NCBI GenBank assembly: GCA_965233865.1
Contig: OZ247587.1
Location: 192,001 to 256,000 of the forward strand
Length of the DNA stretch: 64,000 bases
Origin: Candidatus Neptunichlamydia sp.
GTDB lineage: Bacteria; Chlamydiota; Chlamydiia; Chlamydiales; Simkaniaceae
Direction of reading: 5' to 3'
Shown here: positions 29,111 to 40,270 of the stretch, piece by piece
How the letters are laid out: the number at the start of each line of letters is the position of its first letter
How positions within the stretch are numbered: the stretch's first letter is position 1
Notes under the pieces: generated by a model
The model's database searches: none
Told to the model about the DNA's origin: nothing
What the model saw: the letters and a program-made list of their open reading frames with translations, nothing else
Position numbers and translations under genes: made by a program

Positions 29111-29986
29111 TCAGGATGGGATTTTACGGTTGTGGAGGGAAAGGATTTCCTCTTCGTCTAGGCCTGTAGCTTTAGAAATTTGAGCAGGATCTAGACCTTG
29201 TTTAAGCAACACTAGTGCGATTTCTCGTTTCTCTTTTGCAGCACCTTTCTTGATACCTTGCTCAAAAACAGCCTCTTTAATCGCTTCATCTGCTGCTTTT
29301 TTCATTTCAACTGATTCATAGTTATTTAGCTCTTTTTCAGACCAGCTAAAACGATCGAGTTCATCGTAGGCTCTTTTGATGATTCTATGTTGTCCTATGA
29401 TTTTATCCAGATCTTCTTCTTTTGTTTCTTCAGCATATTTAAAGAAATAAGCCCATTTTTCTCGAAGGCTCATTGTTTCTAAATCTTTTTTTGTTTTCTT
29501 AAACAAAGGAAGCTGCATGAATAAAAGCTGAATAGCATCGATATCATGTTCATTTGTCTCTAGGTCCTTAAGTCCTATTCGAGACAACCACGTTTTTTTC
29601 TTCGGGAAAGGCGCAAAGTCTGTGATTGCAAGAAAATAGACGTCTTTTAAATCATAAAATTTTTTCTTTTTTGTCCTCTGCGAACAGTAAGCTCTAGCCG
29701 CATAGTAGAGAGCACGTCGATCAAACCCCTTTTCATGAGAGAGTTGCATCTCTATAATGAAACGATTTTTATTTTGATCTTCACACATAACATCAACAAC
29801 TGAAACTCGCAGAGGGGCAATTTCGAGATCTTGAACTGTTTTTAAAAACATAACTTCTTCTACGGGTGACGATCTATCAAGCACATCATTCAGAAAGTGA
29901 ATAAGGATATCCTTATTTTTTGCACTTCCAAGGATACGCTTGAAGGCCAAATCATTCCGAGGATTAAGAAACTTGCTTGCTACCAT
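29111..29986 (-). CDS. Rpn family PD-(D/E)XK nuclease, distinct subfamily
   Basis: LNPRNDLAFKRI.G, VDV.C, IIEMQ, RALYY and W.YFFK motifs; C-terminal HTH. Confidence 0.9.
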   Translation of the reverse strand: MVASKFLNPRNDLAFKRILGSAKNKDILIHFLNDVLDRSSPVEEVMFLKTVQDLEIAPLRVSVVDVMCEDQNKNRFIIEMQLSHEKGFDRRALYYAARAYCSQRTKKKKFYDLKDVYFLAITDFAPFPKKKTWLSRIGLKDLETNEHDIDAIQLLFMQLPLFKKTKKDLETMSLREKWAYFFKYAEETKEEDLDKIIGQHRIIKRAYDELDRFSWSEKELNNYESVEMKKAADEAIKEAVFEQGIKKGAAKEKREIALVLLKQGLDPAQISKATGLDEEEILSLHNRKIPS

Positions 29987-30147
29987 ATACCACTCGCTAA
30001 GAGGACTCTTCCTCTTTTACTTCCCCAATTCTAGCTTATTTGGATGGATTTTGCAAACCCCGATTTTAATCTACCTCCACCCTAAGACAAGAAATGCCAG
30101 TATAACACATTAAGTAACTGAATATTAAATGATTAAGTTAACACGCT

Positions 30148-30414
30148 TTAGACACTGACTATCGAGCTTGCTTCACCTATCGTTAGGACTCTAATTGAAA
30201 TATTACCATGACCATTTTTTTCATTATCCAACAGCTCAAGAATCATTAAAGCACTGATTTTATGTGGAATAGATAGCGTGGCATTCCAAGTTGATTGAGC
30301 AGGCTGTTGCGAAGCTAATGCTTTCAAAGTAAATGTCTTTGCACAGGAAGAAATGTAGCTTTCTAGTCTATTGTAGTCTAGGTTGTTGGGGATTCCCTTA
30401 AGCAAAAAATCCAT
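30148..30414 (-). CDS. Degenerate RRM-like protein (positional paralog of 20660..20956)
   Basis: Same upstream GTAGGAGGATCTATGGA and MD....P.NLD start; RNP1 lost. Confidence 0.55.
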   Translation of the reverse strand: MDFLLKGIPNNLDYNRLESYISSCAKTFTLKALASQQPAQSTWNATLSIPHKISALMILELLDNEKNGHGNISIRVLTIGEASSIVSV

Positions 30415-30430
30415 AGATCCTCCTACACTT

Positions 30431-30808
30431 CTAATACGTTATACTAGTTTGCTCAAACAAATCCAGCTGCAAACATTCCCTTCTAGGAAGCGCTAAAGCC
30501 TTTTTAGAGAGCTCAGATTTGATTGCCTCTTCAATTTGCCCCCATACCCCAGGCTCCTTAAAAACAATAGAAGGAACAAGCCTTGGTTTGATCCCAGCCC
30601 TCTTATTCGAGTGGATCCTAAAAGGCGCCTTTAAAAGGATCTTCCCTTCATGATCTATCCGATAGGTAATGTTTTTGACATCCATTGCGATCTCCCCCAA
30701 AAGAAGATGCACCTCGCATGTCCCCTTAGAAAGGTACTTTTCACTATCCGCTTTGCGCCTAAACTCCTCCGGATAAAACCTATTCACAACCACCTGAGTT
30801 TCCATCAA
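30431..30808 (-). CDS. SpoVG/PC4-like protein with QLDLF, copy 2
   Basis: Close paralog of 20986..21348. Confidence 0.55.
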   Translation of the reverse strand: MMETQVVVNRFYPEEFRRKADSEKYLSKGTCEVHLLLGEIAMDVKNITYRIDHEGKILLKAPFRIHSNKRAGIKPRLVPSIVFKEPGVWGQIEEAIKSELSKKALALPRRECLQLDLFEQTSITY

Positions 30809-31284
30809 CAGACTCCTATCACATTCTTCTTAGCCTTCAAACGACACCCCACCCCCAAAACACCTCCATGAAGAATCGCATTTAATAGAGAAACCGGCAC
30901 ACCAAAAATCGACCAAGCTATATCAGAACATTTTGAAGTTTTTAGCATCCTTGAAAATTCCTCAGCTGTATCAAAACCCCGCTTTGAAGTACAAAAATCT
31001 GGCACAGCACCCATCTGCATCAAAAAATGTCCCACCCCAAGGACAATCCCCAAAGCTAAACATCCCCGCGTTACCTTAAAAAACCCTTGCTTATAAGAGC
31101 TCAAGAGCCCAAACCCAGAGTTCACAATCAAAAGAGCAAAGGGAATCCTTTGAAGCTTGCACATCACACAAGGTTTTAGATGGAAAACATGCACAGCTGA
31201 TATGGAACAAGCTAGAGCAACCGATCCAATAGCAATCATCGCTAAAAACCACCTGTTCAAAAAAATACGCTTCGAAGTTTCCAT
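30805..31284 (-). CDS. dsbB: DsbB-family protein, copy 2
   Basis: PCVMCKLQR; close paralog of 21345..21824. Confidence 0.8.
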   Translation of the reverse strand: METSKRIFLNRWFLAMIAIGSVALACSISAVHVFHLKPCVMCKLQRIPFALLIVNSGFGLLSSYKQGFFKVTRGCLALGIVLGVGHFLMQMGAVPDFCTSKRGFDTAEEFSRMLKTSKCSDIAWSIFGVPVSLLNAILHGGVLGVGCRLKAKKNVIGVC

Positions 31285-31401
31285 CTAAACAAACGCCAAC
31301 TGATCGCCCTCAACTGCCCAAAGGCAAAGCTCCAGTTGATCAAAGTGAGGGTTTTCCAAAGACCTTTTCAAAAACGCTAGCATCTTGTTATCAGAGGCCA
31401 T
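31285..31401 (-). CDS. Conserved 38-aa small ORF, copy 2
   Basis: MASDNKMLAFLKRSLENPHFDQLELCLWAVEGDQLAFV. Confidence 0.6.
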   Translation of the reverse strand: MASDNKMLAFLKRSLENPHFDQLELCLWAVEGDQLAFV

Positions 31402-31403
31402 AT

Positions 31404-31518
31404 TCATTCCTCCTCTCCACTTTTAGACGATTGACTTCCTACAGCTTGCACCTGATGGTCAACCCCCTTAAGAAGCTTTTCTAACTGCGCTTTTTTAGCA
31501 AACCCTTGCCACTCCTTT
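31404..31518 (-). pseudogene. traD: traD 3' remnant, copy 2
   Basis: Matches 21944-22058. Confidence 0.7.
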
Positions 31519-32481
31519 GTCGCCACGTCCAGGCACAAAGAAACTGTCAGTGTTTACATTGACAAGGAAGAGTGTGGGGGTTTTGGACCATTGCAAGAGC
31601 AATGCTCCAAAGACGCCTCTAAGGAATCCACACTCTACTTCCACAACGAATATGATCTGCAGAAACAAGCCGAGAAAGAGACATTTGATCGCGGGCTTGA
31701 AAAAGCAAGAGAATATGGTACTAGGTGGACTCGTGTTAAAGCATTTGGAAGAGAGTTAAAGGCAAACATCCAGGAGATACTAGACGATCGTCAGGAAAAC
31801 AGAGCTGACAAATCCGATAACCATGATTTCTATCAAAACACTTCAACCGAAAAATCTGAGACCCCTGAATATGGGGCATCAAAGCTTGAAGATCCTATCT
31901 ATGGCCTCAACCTATCCAAGGAGGCCCTAAAAGAACTCGATCAGTACAAGCAGATTGAGCAAGAAAGAGTGCTTAGACAGGGCATCATGCAAGAGAAACT
32001 AGCAGCCTACCAAGAGCATTGTCAGTCTGAGGGGTTAGAGCCAATCAAAAATATCGAAAACATCTTCACGCCTGAGAATGAACGAGCCATCGTCGTGCTA
32101 TGCACTTCTCAAGAGGCAGCAGCTGAAGCAAATAAAAACTGCAAGCAAGAGGGTTTTGTGTTTTTGGCTTTAGATTCTCAAGATGCTGCATCAGAAGAAG
32201 TGTTAGATCTATCCGCACTAGAAGATCGCAAGTTATTAGTCTGCGGCTCGGAGATGGAACGCCTGGATACCTTAGAACAGATAGAAAATCAAAATAGCCT
32301 TCACGTTCAGACAACGGACTATGATTTTTCAGCAGCAAATGAGTTTGAGTTTGAAGACTGGTAAGATGGAGAAGCGGTGAGAGGTGACTGGCAGGAAGTT
32401 GAAGATTTGGAAAAAAAATTAGATATTCAACTTGGCATTGAAGAAGAACAACACCAACGTGGGTTTGACTTGAGTTTGTAA
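31519..32481 (+). pseudogene. traA: traA 3' fragment, copy 2, with premature stop
   Basis: SRHKETVSVYI...QEQCSKDASKEST matches the 41.5-41.7 kb copy; TAA at 32362 where copy 1 has CAA. Confidence 0.75.
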
Positions 32482-32512
32482 GCCCAACAAAAACATACAT
32501 TAAGGAGAATAT

Positions 32513-32734
32513 ATGAAAGCTTTAGAAGCTGTGCAATACCCATTAGGATGGGAGCTCAACGAAGGACACGAGACTGAAGATGAAGGGATCGTGCTACAAT
32601 CGAAAGAAGAAGAGCAAGAAATGTTTAATCGGGTTGCCTTTGGAGGAGAGCGTATTTTGTACAATTTCAATGGCGCCGAGGTTGCTATTGTTCCTCTAGA
32701 GGACTATGCGGTTCTGGAGAGGATGGATCAGTAG
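32513..32734 (+). CDS. Phd/YefM-like small acidic protein, copy 2
   Basis: Paralog of 22556..22777. Confidence 0.6.
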   Translation: MKALEAVQYPLGWELNEGHETEDEGIVLQSKEEEQEMFNRVAFGGERILYNFNGAEVAIVPLEDYAVLERMDQ

Positions 32735-32789
32735 TTTTTCAGTAACAGAGAACATCCCTCTTTACTATACTACAAACTATCATGGGAGT

Positions 32790-32954
32790 ATGTACTCTAT
32801 GGACAGGGAAGAGAAAAATTTTGAAACAATCGATGCAACGGGCGATCCTGCTGATATCAGACTGAATAGTGAGAAAACAAGCTATGAATACGCAGCAGAG
32901 CTTGTGATGTCCACAAGAGACAATTTCCTGACATGGAAAGACTACGACTACTAA
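32790..32954 (+). CDS. Conserved small ORF upstream of Rpn, copy 2
   Basis: ...ELVMSTRDNFLTWKDYDY*; ATG at 32790 or 32799. Confidence 0.6.
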   Translation: MYSMDREEKNFETIDATGDPADIRLNSEKTSYEYAAELVMSTRDNFLTWKDYDY

Positions 32955-33030
32955 TTCCTTGAATAAGAATTTATTGAAGGGTTTTTCTATAGGGAGTACA
33001 ATGGTTGCAGATAATATGGAGAAGCCTTTA

Positions 33031-33918
33031 ATGTCGGAAAAAATTAATCCGCGGATCGACATAACCTTTAAGAAAATATTTGGCACAGAAGAAAATAAAG
33101 ATCTCCTCATCTCCTTGATTAATTCTATTGTAGGAGAAGAAGATCGCGTTGTTGATGTGACCCTGCTCAATCCCTACAACCAGAAGAACTTTAAGAACGA
33201 CAAGCTCTCCATCTTAGATATAAAAGCTGAAGGAGATCACGGCAAAAAGTTTAACATTGAAATCCAAATTACAGATGAAGCCGATTACGACAAAAGAGCT
33301 CTATACTATTGGGCAAAGCTCTACGCAGAGCAGCTTAAAGAAAGAGATGACTATGGCACCCTCGAAAAAGTTATCGGAATCCATATCCTGAACTTCACCT
33401 CCATCTTAGACTCTGAAAAGTATCACAATGCTTTCCATATCACAGAAAAGGAAACAAGGATCCATTATTTCAAAGAGCTTGAGCTTCATACAATAGAATT
33501 GAAGAAATTCAACGACAGGCTAGGGAGAGAATTTGAAGATATTGGATCCAAAATTCAAAATGCCCTAGATCTGTGGTCTGCATTTCTACTACGACGAGAT
33601 CTCCTCAGCAAAGTTAAATTGGAAGCTTCCTTAGATGGCGCTCTAGTGAAAAAGGCGATAAACGTTCTCAATGTAATGAATTTTTCAGATGAAGAGCGTG
33701 AGATCTATGAAGGGAAACTCAAGTGGCTGAGAATCGAAGCAAATACCCTAAAGAAATACGAAGAGAAAGGACGCGAAGAAGGACGTGAGGAAGGAGAAAA
33801 AAGTAAATCTATAGAAATTGCTAGCAGAATGTTAAAACGCAATCGTCCCATTGAAGAGATTATTGAAGATACAGGGTTGACCAAAGAAGAAGTAAAACAC
33901 CTCAAAGGATCGCAATGA
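33031..33918 (+). CDS. Rpn family nuclease, copy 2 (ORF open from 32959)
   Basis: Close paralog of copy 1 with one fewer GREE repeat. Confidence 0.9.
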   Translation: MSEKINPRIDITFKKIFGTEENKDLLISLINSIVGEEDRVVDVTLLNPYNQKNFKNDKLSILDIKAEGDHGKKFNIEIQITDEADYDKRALYYWAKLYAEQLKERDDYGTLEKVIGIHILNFTSILDSEKYHNAFHITEKETRIHYFKELELHTIELKKFNDRLGREFEDIGSKIQNALDLWSAFLLRRDLLSKVKLEASLDGALVKKAINVLNVMNFSDEEREIYEGKLKWLRIEANTLKKYEEKGREEGREEGEKSKSIEIASRMLKRNRPIEEIIEDTGLTKEEVKHLKGSQ

Positions 33919-34285
33919 ATCGGAAAAAATTAGAAAAGTGCGAAAATTTCTCTTTTTTAAAGGGTGCTAGGGTGCGATATCTGGATGTAAGTAATGTAAT
34001 CCTATTAAGAAAATAAAGACCTTTTCAAAATCGCTTAAAATAAATTTTAAATACCCTCGGAGAAAAGAAGGTCTCCCATCAAGAGAAAGTAGAAATCAAG
34101 CCTGAGGAAACAAGGGCTGAGAAGGTAACAACTTCTGAATTTGAAGGTGTCAGATACAATTTAGTTTCTAGGCTTGTGGTTTTCTTGGTTTAGGATATGC
34201 CGTTTTTTTTCGGGCGTTGGTTGGATTTTAATCGTATATTTCTGATATACATGGCCTTTCCTTTTAAAGTTTGTGTACTCTGAAT

Positions 34286-35143
34286 GGTAGTGTTGCAAAG
34301 ATCTTCATCTCCGAATGGAAGCTTCCTCTTTTCTAGATTTCCCTTCGTTAGGCGGCTAAGCCTCTGACCTCAAAGAGATCTTCAATGAATATCTTTACAT
34401 CTCGGGCGTTTGCATCCGAGATCTCATCAATTTGTCCTTTGAAAATCATGTGCATGGCTTCAATGCCTGCAATGGTGTTTCTCGCGGTCTCTAAACTCTT
34501 ATATCCCATGGCACATCTGTGCTGTCTTTTAATGGGCCTGTGGTCTTGTTCCAAAACGTTGTTGAGGTACTTGATCTGACGAAGTTTCGTTTTTTTAGGG
34601 AACCCTTTACTCTTTTTCATCGTGTTAAATGCTGGAGGATAGGAAGCATATTTATCGACATTAATCACCCTAGGTTTCCCAAAGCTAGAGATTTGACAAA
34701 AGAATGTTAATGCGGCGACTACATCGCGTTTTTCGCTTAAGTAAAAATCGATTGTTTTTCCTTTAGAGTCGATTGCTCTATAGAAGTAGATCCACTTTCC
34801 TTTCACTTTGAGATAGGTTTCATCAACACGCCATGAATCATTAGGCTTCCCTACAAACGACTTAATTTTCTTCCTGATTTCTGGTCCATATTTTTGGACC
34901 CATCGATAAATTGTTGTGTGGTCAATACTCAATCCACTCTCATTCATTGTCTCTTCCAAATTCCTATAGCTGAGGTTGTAACGTAAATACCATCGAACGC
35001 AAAGTAATATGATTTCTGCTGAATAATGGCGCCACTTAAATGGATGTTGATGATTCACTTTTGTTTCCTGCTCTGTTTTTGATAGGACCAAGCATAAGTT
35101 TTAAAAAATTTTTTATCGAGAACGCATTTTTTGCAACAGAACC
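34286..35143 (-). mobile_element. IS6-family element, full length (transposase 34348-35091)
   Basis: IRs GGTTCTGTTGCAAA / GGTAGTGTTGCAAA; W.VDETY, NVDK and LNN..EQDHR motifs. Confidence 0.92.
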
Positions 35144-35214
35144 GGATGGCGGTTAATCAAGACAGAGAGTATCATATCGGGCTCTAAACAATAAAAACTA
35201 CAAGGAGCAAGGTT

Positions 35215-35733
35215 ATGAGTAGCCCACTAACTATCGAAAATTTTTCTAGTGTTTTTCGAGGGGAATTAGATTCTCAACTTCGAACTGGGCCTTTGAAAAG
35301 AAAATTTGATGAAGTAGATACAAAAATCCAACAAACTTCATTAAGAAGCATCCCTTCGACTAATCAGTCTTATCAAACCCAACAATCGCTGAATAGTCTC
35401 AGTTCAAAAATAGATGGAAACCAAGGTGCCCTGCAAGCCCAACTAGCAGATGTAAGCAGGAAAATAGATACACTTTGTTCACAAACACTGCAGCAATTTT
35501 CTGATGTAGAAGATAGGTCAGAAAGAAGACAGGAACCAGTCATTGCAGCTATAGACGAAATTACAGCATCTGTTAAAGAAATGACGCAACAAGCAAGCAT
35601 GTCTTTATCAAAAACAAAGGAATTGGAGGGAGAAATAAAAGCTGTCCAAGAATCCCTATCAACTAAAATTGATGCTAATCAATCTGCAGTTTTGGGAGTT
35701 CTTTCTCAGATAATGGATAGATTACCGTCCTAA
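35215..35733 (+). CDS. Coiled-coil protein with NLS-like PLKRKF (candidate effector)
   Basis: AAGGAG RBS; internal repeats SLSSKIDGNQ / SLSTKIDANQ. Confidence 0.7.
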   Translation: MSSPLTIENFSSVFRGELDSQLRTGPLKRKFDEVDTKIQQTSLRSIPSTNQSYQTQQSLNSLSSKIDGNQGALQAQLADVSRKIDTLCSQTLQQFSDVEDRSERRQEPVIAAIDEITASVKEMTQQASMSLSKTKELEGEIKAVQESLSTKIDANQSAVLGVLSQIMDRLPS

Positions 35734-35758
35734 TTCCAACAGGAATAAATTAAGATTT

Positions 35759-35787
35759 GGAGCTCTATCTCAGGGCTCCTTTTTTTT
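35759..35787 (+). terminator. Rho-independent terminator
   Basis: GGAGCTCT-ATCTC-AGGGCTCC stem-loop followed by a T run. Confidence 0.75.
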
Positions 35788-36057
35788 GACCGCATGAATT
35801 TAACTCATTGATCTTCCACGTTTAAGTTCTTCTCTTCTTTTTTCAAATGAACTACCTCGATCAGCTTCTATTTGATTTACTTCTCTATCAAGTGCTCTTT
35901 CCACCAAACAAGACAAAGTATCGACAGGGCTTTTCTATCTCTCAACTGCTCCTCCTTTTATATGAAGCCTGTTCTGAAAATCCAGATCAAGCTGCTGCTA
36001 TAGCTTTAAATAGTTTTTTTTACAGAAGACTCAGCCCTATCTGAAGTTATAACGAAG

Positions 36058-36330
36058 ATGACATATTTGTCTAAAAATAAGCCTAAAAGGTTTGCACATC
36101 ACCTTCAAAAAAACCTTGGGAATCTTCATACAATGAGTAAAGGAGCTGCTTATTTTCTGGCTGGTTGTGGAATGCTTATTGTGGCTCAAGGGATTGAGAG
36201 ACTGGCTGGAAAAGATAAAGAGACAGATCGCAATAAAACATTGGGGGCTGTTGCTATAATAACAGGGGTTGCTTTAATATCATCTCCTTTTATGAGTGCT
36301 ATTCTAGGAGCTAGAAGGGATAATCCTTAA
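36058..36330 (+). CDS. Small two-TM membrane protein
   Basis: Two hydrophobic segments: AAYFLAGCGMLIVAQG and LGAVAIITGVALISSPF. Confidence 0.5.
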   Translation: MTYLSKNKPKRFAHHLQKNLGNLHTMSKGAAYFLAGCGMLIVAQGIERLAGKDKETDRNKTLGAVAIITGVALISSPFMSAILGARRDNP

Positions 36331-36644
36331 TTATTATATAAGAGGTGATTATGATAAAATGTGTTTTTGCCTTATTTTTTTCTAAACCATATACTTGTTT
36401 AAAACATGATGATGGAGATGGTGAACTAACAAAAACAAAGCTATGGGCAAAAAATGAAATCCCGCGTCTCCAACCTTCTATTACGTTTCAAACAAACGAT
36501 CAATTAAAGTCATTATCTAGGCATATTATTTCTTCTTTATCTAATATAATATTGTGTTCTTCTGATTTTGATATTATTCAAACTGATTTAGTAAGCACTG
36601 CAAAAAAAAGTAACAGACTCCGGCAGAATTTATGCAGAGACTTA

Positions 36645-37487
36645 GGTTGTGTTGAGAAATTTACTTTAACCATTGGAGAGCCGCGATAAAATGAAGGAAT
36701 GCCTTGAACCTTGATGCTAACTTCTCGAACCGAGAAAACAATCGTCTATAATGTTTGAGGAAGCCAAATAAACATTCGATTTTGTGTCGTTCTTTATATA
36801 TGTCTTTATCATGCTCTCGATGATCAATGCGATTTTTCTTTGAGGGAATGATGGCAACAGCTCCGATGCTCTTTACATGATCAATGATTGCATTGCTGTC
36901 GTAGCCTTTGTTAGCCAATAATCCTTTGTAATCCCTACCCTTGAGCAAAGGAATAGCTTGATGACAATCAGCTGCTTGACCACCTGTTAAAATAAAATCA
37001 AGTGGATTACCTAATGCATCACAGATACTATGAATTTTAGTCGTAAAACCTCCACAGGATCGACCTAAGGCCTGCTCGTTTTGACCTCCGGTTTTTTTTT
37101 ATTGGCTCCTGCGGCACAGGCATGAGCGCGGAGGACTGTACTGTCGATCATAATATATTCCATGTCTGGATCATTTGAAAAATAGTAGAGCATCTTGTAC
37201 CACACACCATGTTCAGCCCAGTCTGCAAAACGATGATAGACGGCATTCCAGTCTCCATATTCCTTTGGTAGCAAACGCCATTGTGCTCCGCTCTTGGCAA
37301 TCCAAAATACAGCCTCTACAAAGCAACGAGTTTTCTCTTTGTTATTTGTGTGTATTTTGGGGTAATTACTCAGATATTCGTAAAGTTTCGACCAGGCGTG
37401 GTCATTTATTTTATGCGGGTATAGCATATAGATCTCCTTCTTCAGGAAGTCAGCTTGCACCATTTATGGAAATTTCTCAACACAACC
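36645..37487 (-). mobile_element. IS5-family element, copy 3, 843 bp, probably inactive
   Basis: Same IRs and TA flanks; A9 instead of A8; ADKGY changed to ANKGY. Confidence 0.9.
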
Positions 37488-37803
37488 TAGGAAAAATACA
37501 AGCCGACGATCAAGGTTTGTTGATTTCCTTAAGGATGAAAATAAATAATACTGTTTCAGATAATATCTAGGCTCCTTTCTCAAAGTTTGCACTACGTAAA
37601 GATTAAAGCAAATAAGAGAGCTCTTTAATTCTTTTGGGTATAACTCACGCAGATTTCTGTGAATGGGGAGGCAGAGACGTCTTCCTATAGGGAAATTTCC
37701 GTAATGCACCATATGTTTGCTACATGGACAGCATCTCATATATCTGGGTTGCTCCCCTTTATGCTTCTGAAAAGGGAATCGCCAAGGAAATCAAGTCACT
37801 AAC

Positions 37804-39080
37804 TATGGTGGTCCCAGACGTCAAGACCAAAATTTGCAAAAGTTAAGCTAGTTTTTCCTGATGTTAAATTCAGTTCTTATTCCTTCTTTAGACCTCAAGG
37901 CCTGTTCCATAATAGATCTCTGACGGCGTCTGATATCCCAAACTCTGGTGACGGCGCTGTCCATTATAAAACTCAAAATACACTTCTAGTCCCTTTTTTA
38001 GTTCTTTAAGGCTTTCATACCCTTTAGGATAAATATCCTCATACTTCACACTTCTCCAAAGACGCTCTATGAAAATATTATCAAGAGCTCTCCCTTTCCC
38101 GTCCATGCTGATTTTCACACCCTCTTTTTCTAATCTCTTAGTAAAGCACAAGCTTGTGAACTGCACTCCCTGATCTGTATTGAAAATTTCTGGGCAGTTT
38201 TTTTTCAAACTTCTTTCCAAAGCCTCTATGCAAAAATCTGTATCAAGGAGATTTGAGAGCTCCCATTCAAGGATAAACCTGCTGTACCAATCAATAATTG
38301 CAAATAAATATGCAAATCCACCTTGAAGCGGAATATACGTGATGTCTGCAGCCCACACTTGGTCAGAACGGTCTACCTTTACAGACCTCATCAAATATGG
38401 ATATTTCTTGTGCTCCTGATGTGGCTTGCTCAAATTAGGCTTTGGGTAAATCGCTTCTAATCCCATTTTTTTCATGGCAGTCCTGACTTTTTTTTCTCCA
38501 ACGAAAAATCCTTGGTCGCGCATTTCTAATGTCATCCTACGTCTCCCATAAAATGGGTTTCTAAGATATTCTTTATCAATTGCTTTCATTAAGTCTAAGT
38601 CTTCTTTTTTAGGAATGTTCTCAACGTAGTATAGGGTCGATCTACTTAATCCCAGAAGCTCACACTGCTTTCTCTGTGATAGCTCAGTATCACCTGCATC
38701 TATAAGAGATTTTCTCAGAGCTAACTCAAAGCCGTGTACTTTTTTTTAAGCCATTCCAGCTCCATTTTTAGCCTTCCAATTTGCTCAAATAACTCTCCTT
38801 TTTCCTGCTCCTCTTCTTTGGTAATCAAACGCTTATTGCTTTTCTCAAAAATTTGGGCTGCCGTGGCTTTAAAGTGTCTTTTCCACCCTCCAAGGACTAA
38901 AGGGTGAACTTCAAATTTCCCAGCAAGCTCTCCTGCCGTTTTCTCTCCTTTCAAAACTTCAAGCACCACCTTCAGCTTAAATTCAGCGGAATATTTTTTT
39001 CTTGTTTTTGCCATTTCTGTTCTCCTTTTGCTCGGAGAAAACTAGCTTAGCAAGTGGCTCGAATTTCTGGGACCATTATA
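37804..39080 (-). mobile_element. IS3-family element, full length (orfA 38721-39014; orfB to 37888)
   Basis: Same IRs as 25085 copy; A8G slippery site near the orfA end; DDE domain. Confidence 0.92.
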
Positions 39081-39307
39081 TTATGTGTAAGATAAACCGC
39101 AGATAGCAAAACTTAATCTGACATTTATGGTAAACTGGGGGAAAAACCAAAGGATGACAAATAATAAACTATGGATTGCTAAAAAATGACAATTAAGAGC
39201 TCCAAGTCGCCTTAGCGGGTTTTTTGGTTTGAGCAATACAAACACAAAAGCAGAAACGTATCGGGCTAACACAGCTCAAATATAGAAGCTGTTTTTTGGC
39301 AAATCTC

Positions 39308-40192
39308 TCATTTTGTTTCAAGAGTGAGGATTTTTTCTTCAGAAAGGCCCGTTGCCTTGGAAATTTGAGCAGGAGCTAGCCCTTGCTGCAAAAGAGCCTG
39401 CGCAACTTTCTCAATGCCTTCTTCGCGTCCTTTTTCAAGTCCTTCTTCGCGTCCCTTTTCTTCGTATTTCTTCAACGTGTTTGCTTCAATTCTCAGCCAC
39501 TTGAGCTTTCCTTCATAGATTTCACGCTCTTCAGCTGAAAAGTTCATGACGTTGAGCACATCGATCGCTTTTTTAACAGGTACATTGTCCAAAGATTTTG
39601 GCAAGCTAGCTGTACTGATCAGATCATTTCTAAGCAGAAACGCAGACCAGAGATCTAGGGCATTCTGAATTTTGGATCCAATATCTTCAAATTCTTTCCC
39701 TAGGCCGTCATTGAATTTTTTCAGTTCTATTGTATGAAGCTCCAGTTCCTTAAAGTAATGGAGACCCGTTTCTTTTTCTGTGATATGGAAGGCATTGTGA
39801 TACTTTTCAGAGTCTAAGATAGAGATGAAATTCAAAATATGGATCCCTATGACTTTTTCTAGGGTTCCATAGTCATCTTTTTCTTTGAGCTGATCTGTAT
39901 ACAGCTTCGCCCAATAGTATAGAGCTCTTTTGTCGTAGTCAGCCTCATCGGTAATTTGAATTTCAATATTGAACTTCTTTCCGTGGTTTCCTTCGGCTTT
40001 GATGTCGAGGATCGAGAGCTTGTCTTCTTTGAAATTCTTCTGATTATAGGGATTAAGCAAGGTCACATCGACAACCTGATCCTCCTCTCCTACGATAGAG
40101 TTAATCAAAGATATGAGCAGGTCTTTGTTGTCTTCGGTGCCAAATATTTTCTTGAAGACGAGATCTACCCGCGGATTAATTTTGTGTGACAT
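39308..40192 (-). CDS. Rpn family nuclease, copy 3 (ORF open from 40249)
   Basis: Paralog of copies 1 and 2 with a different C-terminal tail (GLAPAQISKATGL, like 29111..29986). Confidence 0.9.
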   Translation of the reverse strand: MSHKINPRVDLVFKKIFGTEDNKDLLISLINSIVGEEDQVVDVTLLNPYNQKNFKEDKLSILDIKAEGNHGKKFNIEIQITDEADYDKRALYYWAKLYTDQLKEKDDYGTLEKVIGIHILNFISILDSEKYHNAFHITEKETGLHYFKELELHTIELKKFNDGLGKEFEDIGSKIQNALDLWSAFLLRNDLISTASLPKSLDNVPVKKAIDVLNVMNFSAEEREIYEGKLKWLRIEANTLKKYEEKGREEGLEKGREEGIEKVAQALLQQGLAPAQISKATGLSEEKILTLETK

Positions 40193-40270
40193 GAAGTCCT
40201 CTTCCTTTCGAATTAGCTCCATTGTACTCTCCATAGAAAAACCTTTCAATGACTTTTCCCCTAAGCGATT

